Below are positions 47,101 through 54,743 of a stretch of 63,715 bases of DNA, one piece after another (the stretch's first letter is position 1; every line of letters begins with the position of its first letter). Location of the stretch: positions 1-63,715 of the IMG/VR virus record IMGVR_UViG_3300031949_000032; one strand, 5' to 3'. The position numbers and the translations under genes are program-made. The stretch is from a virus. Lineage: Duplodnaviria; Caudoviricetes. The notes under the pieces are model-generated. The model was not told the origin of the DNA, made no database searches, and saw only the letters and a list, made by a program, of their open reading frames with translations.

Positions 47101-50100
47101 GTCAAGTTCATCTTGTTTTGCTCCGTTTTTAAGAAGCATAGCTTTGAATTGTTCAGGAGTTCCTTTTTCTTGTTGTATTGAGTTTAAAGCACGTTCTGAG
47201 TTGGAATAGTAGGTGTCTGATTTGCGGAAACGAATATCTTCATCTGGCTTACTAAAGTATTTATCACCTATCCTTTTTGCTTCCCTTACTGCATTTTCAG
47301 TATTTTGTCTCTGCCAAGCTTTATTAAAAGGTGACCACTTCCATCCACTATGTTTTAATTCATATATAATTTCAGGTGTTGGTTTTTCATCGAAAAATAA
47401 ACGTAACCGTTCGTCATCTGTGTTGTTTTCTATTTTTAACCCATTATACTCTGGAATATTAAACTGCTTTTCAAGTTCTACTTTTTTATCAAAAGTTGTT
47501 TCAGGAAGTTTCCATATAGAGTTATTGTCGGCAAAAATTGGCTTATCTAAATTAGACTGGACTTCTCTTATGTAATCAAGTGATTTTTGAACATCTTCTT
47601 TTTGTCCGTTTCTAGCCATAGTGTTAATAAATCTTGATAATCCAGACACAAATAATCTTCTATCGTAACCTTTTTCAGTCCCATTATCTATACCTATAAT
47701 TGTTCTTAAATCATTATCAATATTCTTTTTAATACTATTCCATTTTTCTGCATCTTTTTGCTCTTGCGGAGCAGCATTTTTAATAGCTTTAATAGCTATA
47801 CTTTCAGCTTTACCAATCCAGTCAGTAAATTCGACACTTCTTTTGTGTTCTGTATTGTTTGCTTTTTCATTTCTAGCAGTAGGAAAATTAGATGGGCCGG
47901 TTATCATTGGGGATAAAACACGAGACTTTGCACTCAGTAAAGCATTATAATGTTTAATATAACCTTCTTTATACCGTTGAACCTGTTCTGATAGAATCTT
48001 TTTTTGCTCATCGGAAGTTGCTAATTTAGTAAGTGTTTCTATTAATGAATTTACATCCTCAACATAACCTTCTTGTGCTTGCTTAGCCCTTTTCTCAGGA
48101 CTAAAACTTGTACCACGATGGGCATCGTAAGCTAAATTATAACTTATGTCTTCAAGTTTAGGGGTAATATCATCTTTAACAGGATTAAGTATGTCGTTTA
48201 ATTTTTCAATATAGCTATCAGGATTAATGTTTAACCCGGAAATATTATCAATTCCAATTTCTTTTGAATCAGTATTTTCTTTTAATGATGGCGGGATTAA
48301 TCCAGAAATTACATCATCATTAGTTAATGTAGTCTTTGAATAATAATCCTGCATGTATTTAATTTCACGATACCTTTCACCAACATCAGGATCATTCATA
48401 TCACTTTCCTGAAAACTAAATATATCCCAATATTTTTTGGGATTATTTTTTAAATCTTCAATATCTATTTTCCAGTATTCTTTTTGGTCTAAAGGTTCAT
48501 TTGGATCATTTATTTTGTCCTGTATAAACTGTATTTCGTCTAAATTTATTTGTTCTATCGTTTTCCTATCTTCGGGAATACGATCAGAAACCATATTACC
48601 GGTATCGGGAATATGGTCAATAGGTTTAGTGGTAATTAACTCATTTAGCTTTATGGTATCATCAATAGGCTTTTTAGTTTCCGATTTACTGGATAACCAT
48701 TTTTTGAAATTATCGATTGACATTTCGGTAATTGACCCCATTCCATTCCAAGCAGGTTTATAGTTTAATTGGTAAGCTATCTTAGCTTCTTTTGCATTGA
48801 TAAACCCTAACATTACCTTATGTTCGTCAAATTCACCAGTTTTTGGGTTCATTTGGTCAATAATGAATACCTTTTTAGACGAAGGATTATCTCCTATAAA
48901 TGTATCAACCTGGTCTCCATCTTTACCCTCAGTCCTTTTAAAGTATCCGTATGTGTTATTTAAAACAGATTCCCATGCTTTACCATCCTGGTCCACTCCT
49001 TTTCGGGTTGATCCTTTTGGATTTTCAATAGTAATGCCTAAACCTTGTATGGTCACATGTCCCATTTTATAATTACCCGCATCCTTCTGGGCTTCGGTTG
49101 GGTCTGTGTTTACTTTAGCTTCTTCTTCCTGAATCTTGGCCTGTATTTCTTCTGGTTTTTCTTCAGTCTTATTTAGTTCGCTTATTTCGAAGTCCTCAAC
49201 AAACGAAGCCTTGTCCATTCCCTCAATATTTATACCTGGAAAGTTTTTAGCTCCTAAATAAAAAGATTTAAGGTATGGGATAATGGCTTCTCCAAATTCT
49301 GAAATCATACCCTTGGCAAAATCAACAAACTTTCTTGCACCTGACTCGATATGAAAAGCGGCCATTTCTGTACCAATGGCGAATAATTCAGGATCAAAAC
49401 CGGAATTAAGGTTTGTTAATTTTCCCTTTAACCTGGCTTTAAGTTCCTCGTAACGTTCCTTGGATACAAGTTTATTCTCTTGACCAGATTCCTTTTTAGC
49501 TTTCTGTTTACTCTTTTCAACTTCTGCTGCCTGTTTATCGGAAAGTTTTTTTAACGTATCATTGTATTCAGATAACACATTTTCAGGTACTGGCTTTCCT
49601 TCGTCAAGTGCTTTAGCTACTGCCTGTGTATGTAATGACAAGTAAGGTTCTTTATTACCTTCAAGCTGTCCATATATCCTTTGCGCTTCTGGTTGGTTCC
49701 AGAATTCATCTCTTGTCATTTGCCAAGGTTCCTTTTGTGATTTATTAACCTTTGGTTTTTCTTCAGGTACAACTTCTTTTTCCTCGGTAAAAGAACTATT
49801 ATTAATAATTGATTCAGGTTTAACCATGTATGTAAGACCATCATCTCCCTTAATCTTAACTTTACCCCTTTCTTCTCCGATTATGGTACCTTGGTTAATA
49901 GAACCGTCAAGGAATTTAAAAGTAACTTTAGCAGGTGCAGTAGAGTCGCTTAACCCTACATTAATATCTTCTACTGCCTCCTGCGTATTTTGTGGAGCTC
50001 CAACCTTCGGGTATGCTATAATACCATGCAGAGGTTGATCTTCGTTCTCTGAGTTTGGTAGTTCTACTACTTTAACATCGAAGTTTTTAGCATTCTTCTG

Positions 50101-52500
50101 AAGTTTTTCGGCTGTTTTAGTTGCATCCTCTACATTAGGAGAAATGAAATTAAAGGTATGGGAACCGTCCTCATTTTTAACAGAGTTGAAAGTCTCACCT
50201 TTACTTGTAGTCCATTTCCGGGTATTGGTCGGGGCTTGTACTTTTTCTTCCGGTGCAGTTAAATCTTCGGGTGTAGCCTGTTGTTCGCTTGCTACTTGAT
50301 TTGTTGGTAACTGAATACCGGCATATTTATCTGGAGTTATTTCAACACTTCCGTTATTATTATCGGCATATATGGTACCATCGGGCTGTAAGTCTGAAAT
50401 TACATAATCCTCAGATTGCCCGGTTAAAGGATCGTTATATGTTATAGATTGTCCTGGGGTATATTGTGGCGCATTTTCTTGTTCCTGTTCTAAAAGTTCG
50501 TTTTGTGCCTGTTGGGTATTGTGAATATCATCAACAAATATTTCAGCCTCTACCGGATTAGTCCTATCCAATTGCAATGCCGATATAGGTATAACCTTTT
50601 CCAATGAAGGTACATAAACATACGATAGTTTTTCGTCCACATCCTTGGTTACAAATGCTTCAGTAGGGTTACCTTCTTCGTCCTCCATATTTCTAATGGT
50701 AACCGGGTGTATTGCGCCTGTTTCAGCATTAATCATCGGGGCTACATCCGAACGTACTTTAGATTTAAGCGATTCATTGAGTATATCGTACTGAGTTTTC
50801 CTATTGAAATAGTCAAGCATTGCCATTTTCTTCTCAGGAGTATCTGCCAGTAATGTAAGGTCACTATTAGCCTTCATCCTTTCTTCTAAATCATCCGAGG
50901 TATTGGCATCTATGATTATTTGGGCATCTTCTCCAAAAACAGAAAGGTTGTTTACTGCGGCCTTGTATGGTTTGGTTATGTTTGCATAGTTTACAACGTG
51001 TCCGGGAGTTTCGGCAAGTTTGAATAAACCGCCAAATACCATTGTATTTACAAATATCTGCCCTTGTGTATTCCAGTTAAATATATCTGAAAACTTTTGT
51101 TCGTCATCTACAACGGCATTCCATATACCTGAGAATGTTTCCCCGGCCTGTTCTCCGGCAATACCCTGAATACCTAAGTTTTTCCTAGTTGTATTTAATG
51201 CTGTAATAAAACCACCTTTTTTACTTGTATCAAATAGCAATCCCAATCCAACTTTAGAACCAATACTTTTTAAAGATGGTGAAAGTAGATCATCAACTAC
51301 ACCGCCTCCAAATTCGGAATACCGTTCCATAAATGTTGTGAGGTATGGAACAACTAATGAATTTACAGCATTATGTTCTGTCCCTTGTATAAATTCTCCT
51401 TTGCTATTTTCGTTAAGTGCAACGTCTGGGGTAAGTTTATCTGTAACTCCTTGGTAATACGAAGTCATTCCAAAAACCCTTGGAGCTTGATAAGCTGCAT
51501 TTTTAATTAAGTTTTTTGGTAATGATTTTAGATAGGCTTTCATGCCTTGTTTTGCCAATTCAACAGTTCCTTCTTTAGTAGCGGCTCCGACACCTCCTGT
51601 AGCCCATAAATTTATCATAAAAGGAATTGCATTGGCTAACATTTCGCCAGCTCCATAACCAAATCCGCTTGGATTTTCAGATTTAAACTGTTGTTCAAGT
51701 GATGCTGCGGTCAAAGCTATTTGCTCATCTTCATTTAGAGGAAGTCCATTTTTTGCCTTGTAAGATATTTCCAATACGTCCATAGAGTTTGAAAGTCCTT
51801 TAAATCCTATGGTCATAATATCATTCCAGTCTGACTGCTTAACACCTTCCCAGAAGTTTTTAGGGTTAGACTGATAATCTTTAAGGCTATTTATAATGCG
51901 CTTAGCTTCTTCAAGTCTCTTTATTTTACCAGATTTATCGTAATCCTGTAAATTTTCATCAATTTGACCGAACAATCCAGGGAGTAATCCTCCTTCTGTT
52001 TTATCTGGTTGCTGAGTTTGTATACTTTTTATTTGTCGATCAATCTCAGGTATTAAAGAATTTTGAAGTGTTTCAAATTGTTCTTTTCGCCTGTATTCAT
52101 CACCGGCTTCTTGAAATGACTGTTCAATTGGTTTTTCTTTAACTGAAGTATCAACTTTAGGTAAAGCAGTATTGAAAGCGGATGCCCGTTGCTGCATGTT
52201 TTCGGCAGACTGTACAAACTTATTCGATTCTTCCGGAGTAGGTTTTTGGTCAAGATATTCTTGTCTTAATGGGGGTAATTGTTTTTCATTCTCCCAGGTA
52301 GAAGGTTCAATCTTTTTATCAAATGGAGTATTTACCTTTTTACTATTACTTCTTTGTCTTCCAAATAAATCCAAATACTCATTATCATCTTCGGGTAACT
52401 TACCAAACGCATCAATATATTCCTTTTCATCATCCATTAAAGGCTCTGAAACTTGAACATCTTCAGTTATTCCAAATAGCTTTTTTATATCTTCAGGCAT
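41191..52500 (-). CDS. Giant polyvalent virion/ejection protein (3769 aa)
   Basis: Inorganic-pyrophosphatase-like domain (AGNYKMGH...YGY...GKDGDQVD...FDEHK), DUF3560-like segment, EEVQSDW domain, HExxH zincin (LHENVH), ART-like domain (FKQWFG...MYHAT...AVFDPTQLKS), LPD38-like C-terminus. Confidence 0.85.
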   Translation of the reverse strand: MPEDIKKLFGITEDVQVSEPLMDDEKEYIDAFGKLPEDDNEYLDLFGRQRSNSKKVNTPFDKKIEPSTWENEKQLPPLRQEYLDQKPTPEESNKFVQSAENMQQRASAFNTALPKVDTSVKEKPIEQSFQEAGDEYRRKEQFETLQNSLIPEIDRQIKSIQTQQPDKTEGGLLPGLFGQIDENLQDYDKSGKIKRLEEAKRIINSLKDYQSNPKNFWEGVKQSDWNDIMTIGFKGLSNSMDVLEISYKAKNGLPLNEDEQIALTAASLEQQFKSENPSGFGYGAGEMLANAIPFMINLWATGGVGAATKEGTVELAKQGMKAYLKSLPKNLIKNAAYQAPRVFGMTSYYQGVTDKLTPDVALNENSKGEFIQGTEHNAVNSLVVPYLTTFMERYSEFGGGVVDDLLSPSLKSIGSKVGLGLLFDTSKKGGFITALNTTRKNLGIQGIAGEQAGETFSGIWNAVVDDEQKFSDIFNWNTQGQIFVNTMVFGGLFKLAETPGHVVNYANITKPYKAAVNNLSVFGEDAQIIIDANTSDDLEERMKANSDLTLLADTPEKKMAMLDYFNRKTQYDILNESLKSKVRSDVAPMINAETGAIHPVTIRNMEDEEGNPTEAFVTKDVDEKLSYVYVPSLEKVIPISALQLDRTNPVEAEIFVDDIHNTQQAQNELLEQEQENAPQYTPGQSITYNDPLTGQSEDYVISDLQPDGTIYADNNNGSVEITPDKYAGIQLPTNQVASEQQATPEDLTAPEEKVQAPTNTRKWTTSKGETFNSVKNEDGSHTFNFISPNVEDATKTAEKLQKNAKNFDVKVVELPNSENEDQPLHGIIAYPKVGAPQNTQEAVEDINVGLSDSTAPAKVTFKFLDGSINQGTIIGEERGKVKIKGDDGLTYMVKPESIINNSSFTEEKEVVPEEKPKVNKSQKEPWQMTRDEFWNQPEAQRIYGQLEGNKEPYLSLHTQAVAKALDEGKPVPENVLSEYNDTLKKLSDKQAAEVEKSKQKAKKESGQENKLVSKERYEELKARLKGKLTNLNSGFDPELFAIGTEMAAFHIESGARKFVDFAKGMISEFGEAIIPYLKSFYLGAKNFPGINIEGMDKASFVEDFEISELNKTEEKPEEIQAKIQEEEAKVNTDPTEAQKDAGNYKMGHVTIQGLGITIENPKGSTRKGVDQDGKAWESVLNNTYGYFKRTEGKDGDQVDTFIGDNPSSKKVFIIDQMNPKTGEFDEHKVMLGFINAKEAKIAYQLNYKPAWNGMGSITEMSIDNFKKWLSSKSETKKPIDDTIKLNELITTKPIDHIPDTGNMVSDRIPEDRKTIEQINLDEIQFIQDKINDPNEPLDQKEYWKIDIEDLKNNPKKYWDIFSFQESDMNDPDVGERYREIKYMQDYYSKTTLTNDDVISGLIPPSLKENTDSKEIGIDNISGLNINPDSYIEKLNDILNPVKDDITPKLEDISYNLAYDAHRGTSFSPEKRAKQAQEGYVEDVNSLIETLTKLATSDEQKKILSEQVQRYKEGYIKHYNALLSAKSRVLSPMITGPSNFPTARNEKANNTEHKRSVEFTDWIGKAESIAIKAIKNAAPQEQKDAEKWNSIKKNIDNDLRTIIGIDNGTEKGYDRRLFVSGLSRFINTMARNGQKEDVQKSLDYIREVQSNLDKPIFADNNSIWKLPETTFDKKVELEKQFNIPEYNGLKIENNTDDERLRLFFDEKPTPEIIYELKHSGWKWSPFNKAWQRQNTENAVREAKRIGDKYFSKPDEDIRFRKSDTYYSNSERALNSIQQEKGTPEQFKAMLLKNGAKQDELDWMDWDSFANGKKSLTKEEIQNWIDENKVEVKEIVKESIVNENYVLNEFTDEAQQKYDQLKEYERRFNKIEFLWNELSMNEYPYEKENSIRESIEEKEKDLKEESGFDAIDDVYEAKQNMETDSDNYQVGKKEEGNTKYSQYTIPGGENYKEVLLTLPAKETKKPIWKQNNKGLWAFFINDKQLSGAFPSESDIESAKSTINPTTELSIQGQFNSSHFDELNIAVHIRINEFTTKDGKRALNLEEVQSDWAQKGKKEGFKTNDGKALVSFREEMKEKYGHSWSYDMNEEENNKEQLLIKGVNGVPDMPFKKTDQWAGLGMKWALRYAAENGFDVVTWTTGETQAERYNLSKHVGRISYKQNDNNTYDIGVYNKENTDTLWENDSASLSEIENTVGKDIANKILNNEGDAQKTGYKNITGDGLKVGGEGMKGFYDQILPAWVNKYTKKWGGKVSDVELSNNTPVHTIEITPSMKDSVIEGQPMFKSGINPNTTQWLNSVKEVQDYVDSINKGDTPVKVCKGINEVIDHYKSLGGTSQDYIDSLKENKDFSGCYLPDVGQIYILSVNAHSKEIADQILLHENVHAIVAKLPTNIKIKFLSNIYNNVKGEIFSVIPSFYDTRSDLLQANEYMAYKAEKNLKDGRINVNDIYSESELSTILDKEVFSSEEIDKIINTFAYKTFNNESRSETNSGNSGRENGDTFHFPSYQKGNRPDGRLLSGRDEHDGSSQKDAGNISGSDTGRGLTPEFKQWFGESKAVDDNGQPIRMYHATNDDFDTFKPNSKGLIFAGPDPKWVQGGFMKTDAEKGTSGSLMPVFVKAENPFDYRNKTQLNDLLNTLGVRDKIKERISNGDPWGIEKQPVIDKIKELGYDSFYVTEQGMTNIAVFDPTQLKSATGNIGTFDINNPNILFKNTPPEPPVDPTDPFDRLGELIPELLDRKPPKMLDGIGDIKREIGQDNMFAWKKLQSLFGLKIKDSSDVYLADNQKNSKGQARWEKYVKDSFRPALEHIAQFVRLGKSRDVKAYVELEAKFKKGEIDEDTYNNEVSKLDRNSIPRYMIAKHAPERNATKRAEEVEAYKQGLMSKLNPDEQVNDPEGFQEKLDEIKLLVEKKTEEVADKVFAGMTDIQAETIIMNFESDIPESVIDSFWNKWGKAADDIQKMWVTYGKFDQETYNTNKDRGWKYYVPLRGWEPTSEDIEWDYNKESGKGSFNGTVQMKGRRSIADDPISNLYQMAQSVIKWGEKNRVKQHALRLTRDNPDRTDLFYQKKTLYISNDDGTWTEVIKEGDNIYEIKGYTEDGNMDLKLLGSALELTGEGREIKSKIRIDHEIRNPKQNADQHELEVMMNGEKFIVVTRDPKLANEIKKAELIDIPKWMSWKWFNVSKITRGISALRTAKNPAWIIKNLTRDLQGAIMNTWIENDTKTTVLYVKNVADIMAFMVKGKKGKAKSDLFKYQEEFIAGGGRTGTTNLEDIDTIKGNLDKDIKKINQEVYAKAHPYLAVGKLIIRADKGAMKILEHIDTLAQYTENLTRFAAYVTAREQGKTVVQAINIAKEISVNFDRKGNASSAIGSLIGFFNAAVQGGARYGHSFKHHTLRFGIAELSLATLGYVMSMINGLLWDDDDKEKDYKEHNKHNRYNNIIIAPGNKFTMIPLAQGHRFFYAVGNIVYDLQHEKTDAATATYDLIDQFQNAMSPIDVTSFWNKDDKGFNLASIAKIPTLLEPIISVWVDNKDYKNDLIHREPSKFEDKEYIPDSQLHKRNVNPLYKALTDNLFILGGGDPKVRSIMDLKDGKKVWDIMDINPSDLEYITKDLGAGPASFVLDAITTMSKMIETKAEKAKKEAEIDDITEGFDFTTVPIINSFYRNKYKGRVDDEYRKLSNWYKDHNNSYKAQKDAGNYHEVLDAMLKNDLTKFNKVKVAESILSKLYKIKNTIIIDESMPYEERKKKQLAKDNIEHIINNTKRNIVSKYSKP
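44877..45062 (-). CDS. Overprinted 61-aa ORF nested out of frame in the giant gene
   Basis: A-rich TAAAACATTTAACA-ATG initiation region; globular-looking sequence while the main frame is a disordered linker. Confidence 0.5.
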   Translation of the reverse strand: MNQDRKQIVGIVDEKTGIHFTFHLTKKEIDLMDDYCLEGMNMMEALRKMRETYPVQTQEED

Positions 52501-52510
52501 AGTAATAATT

Positions 52511-53539
52511 TTATAGTCCGTACGCTTTCAGTATTGCATCAATTTGTTCTGGGATGAAATTTATATTTTCAAGCTCCTTTTTAATCCTTGCTTTTTTTAA
52601 AGCTTTATTTAGTGTTTTATCTGCTGCAATAATATCTGTTTTAGCATTTGTTTGCTTTAATACCTTTTGATCGACAGATGGTAGTTTTTCTTTATATTCA
52701 TCCTGTTGTCTTATTAAAGCCGAATATTTAGGATTATTATAAACAACTTTATTATTTAGCAATCCCATTATATCACCTGAACTTAGTTTTGCAGGTGAAA
52801 ATTCATTTATAATTAAATCAGAATATTCATCTATAATTTTTGGATCTGAAACCACCATGTTATAAATCTGCATTGCGGAAGCTTTACTCAATCCTGCGGT
52901 TGTACCGTCTTCCAAATTAACTTCAAAATCTGCTTTTTTTGGTTTTGCTGCGGCAGCATCTGCTGCCCTTTTATTTGAATTTTCTCTATTTATCCTATCC
53001 CTATTAAGCTGAAAAGCATGTTCTTTTTCCCTTACATTCGCGGAATTTAACCTTGCATCATTTGTTTTTAATAGGTCATCCTTTTTTTTAATTCCGTAAA
53101 TTTCATTTTCTTGGTCAAAATTTATCTTATCCCTACGATTCCATTCCTCATTGGCTTTTTGTTCGGCTGCATCTTTAGCTTTTTGAGCCATTTTATATTG
53201 CGCACCCTGGGCAATGGTTTTAAATTTATCTTTTTGCCATGCATCTGTTTCGGCTTTGTATTTCTGTCGGGTATCCAAATATCTGTTGTAAGCATCCAGC
53301 CCAACTTTATTTTCATTTGGAATAACAGTTGCACCATTGGCCGCACCAATGCCACTTGCTATCAATCCAAGCCCTTGGGAAAAGGCATTAAACTTTGCCA
53401 AACGTTTTTGACGTTGTTCGTCCTCAACATTTGGTTGTGGTTTGATTTTATCAAGGTATTCCAATAAAGGATTAAACGGCTCATCTTGATTTGACGAACC
53501 GTTTAATCCTTCTTTTTTTCTTTCATCTATATCTGGCAT
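52511..53539 (-). CDS. DNA ejection/internal virion protein
   Basis: Charged helical protein with amphipathic FSQGLGLIASGIGA segment; upstream of giant protein. Confidence 0.55.
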   Translation of the reverse strand: MPDIDERKKEGLNGSSNQDEPFNPLLEYLDKIKPQPNVEDEQRQKRLAKFNAFSQGLGLIASGIGAANGATVIPNENKVGLDAYNRYLDTRQKYKAETDAWQKDKFKTIAQGAQYKMAQKAKDAAEQKANEEWNRRDKINFDQENEIYGIKKKDDLLKTNDARLNSANVREKEHAFQLNRDRINRENSNKRAADAAAAKPKKADFEVNLEDGTTAGLSKASAMQIYNMVVSDPKIIDEYSDLIINEFSPAKLSSGDIMGLLNNKVVYNNPKYSALIRQQDEYKEKLPSVDQKVLKQTNAKTDIIAADKTLNKALKKARIKKELENINFIPEQIDAILKAYGL

Positions 53540-53548
53540 GGGATTAGA

Positions 53549-54169
53549 CTATAATTTTATTTTATTTTGTAATTCATTAACCAATTCTTCATTAGTTTTA
53601 GCACCGGCTACTGAAGTTGCATTTATTGATTTAATAGGATCAATATTAGGTTGTCTAGCTTTGTCGAATGCTCCCATTGCATCTGCTTGATTTATAACAC
53701 TTCCGGCAGTATTAGCCATCTTCCCAAAATTCAACCAATTATTACCTTTTTCTTGGTTAAGTGCCTGTTGTTGAGAATCTACATTGGCCATACCCGCCAT
53801 ATAATCATGTCTTGCACTATCTTTAGAGTCAGTGGCTTTAGCGGCCATGTTGTTAACAAAGTCTGCGTAAGTACGGGTGTTTTCTCCTTTTTGGGCTACT
53901 GCTGATTCATCGGAACCACCCATTATGGCATTTGTATTCTCCTGTGCGAGTTGTTTTTCTCTGATTTTATCTGATAAGTGCTTCATGGCTGACTTATTTT
54001 CAGAAGTAGCAAGGAAGTCTTGGTTATACTCTTTATCGAACCAGTTTTGAATATCGGCCCTACGGCTATTGATGAGTTTTTGTCTCTCTTTATTTGCTTT
54101 TGCACTGCCGATTAGACCGGCTATATTTCCAGCTAACCCTAAACCAGTACCTATAATCGAACCTATCAT
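53549..54169 (-). CDS. DNA ejection/pilot protein
   Basis: Gly/Ala-rich hydrophobic N-terminus MIGSIIGTGLGLAGNIAGLIGSA. Confidence 0.6.
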   Translation of the reverse strand: MIGSIIGTGLGLAGNIAGLIGSAKANKERQKLINSRRADIQNWFDKEYNQDFLATSENKSAMKHLSDKIREKQLAQENTNAIMGGSDESAVAQKGENTRTYADFVNNMAAKATDSKDSARHDYMAGMANVDSQQQALNQEKGNNWLNFGKMANTAGSVINQADAMGAFDKARQPNIDPIKSINATSVAGAKTNEELVNELQNKIKL

Positions 54170-54225
54170 AATTGGCTATTTTATTCGGTCGAATGTAAAT
54201 AACATCGGGTATTTATTTGTGTTTT

Positions 54226-54247
54226 TTTGTCGTAATTTTTCGACAAA
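54226..54247. promoter_or_regulatory. Inverted repeat in divergent late region
   Basis: TTTGTCG-N8-CGACAAA. Confidence 0.5.
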
Positions 54248-54302
54248 TTATAACAAAATTAAAACATATAGGATATAGATTTGTAGAATAATGTAATTTG
54301 TA

Positions 54303-54743
54303 ATGAGTTCTAAAGACAATATACGATCACATACTCTTGAAACTAAACTTGAAGCCTTAAGAATTCTTGCCGTAAATGACTTTAATTTTATGGCTACTGA
54401 GCGGCAAATACGTATTACCCGAAAAACGTTAAAGAAATGGCAGGATGAATTGTGCGACCACCCTGTAATACGAAGCAAACAAGCGCAAGCAATTAATGAT
54501 ATTGCTAAAGAAGTAATACCGGAACGAATTTCCTTGTTAAAAAAAATAGAAGAAGTTAATATAAAAGCCTTGGATAAGGCAGTTGTATTAATTGAAAAAG
54601 AAACGAACCTCGATAAGATTACTAACCTCATTATAGCCTTAAAAGATATAACCGACAATGTTGGAAACAACAATCCTCAAAGTAAAAAAAGTTTTACAAT
54701 CGCTGAACGCATCGAACGAATAACACAAATAAATCATGAGTAA
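54303..54743 (+). CDS. HTH protein, terminase small subunit candidate
   Basis: HTLETKLEAL...ATERQIRITRKTLKKW helix-turn-helix followed by helical region. Confidence 0.5.
   Translation: MSSKDNIRSHTLETKLEALRILAVNDFNFMATERQIRITRKTLKKWQDELCDHPVIRSKQAQAINDIAKEVIPERISLLKKIEEVNIKALDKAVVLIEKETNLDKITNLIIALKDITDNVGNNNPQSKKSFTIAERIERITQINHE

Noticed and set aside
41546-52456. Plus-strand ORFs inside the giant gene, and similar antisense ORFs elsewhere
   Set aside because: Shadow ORFs of real minus-strand genes with no recognisable motifs or initiation signals
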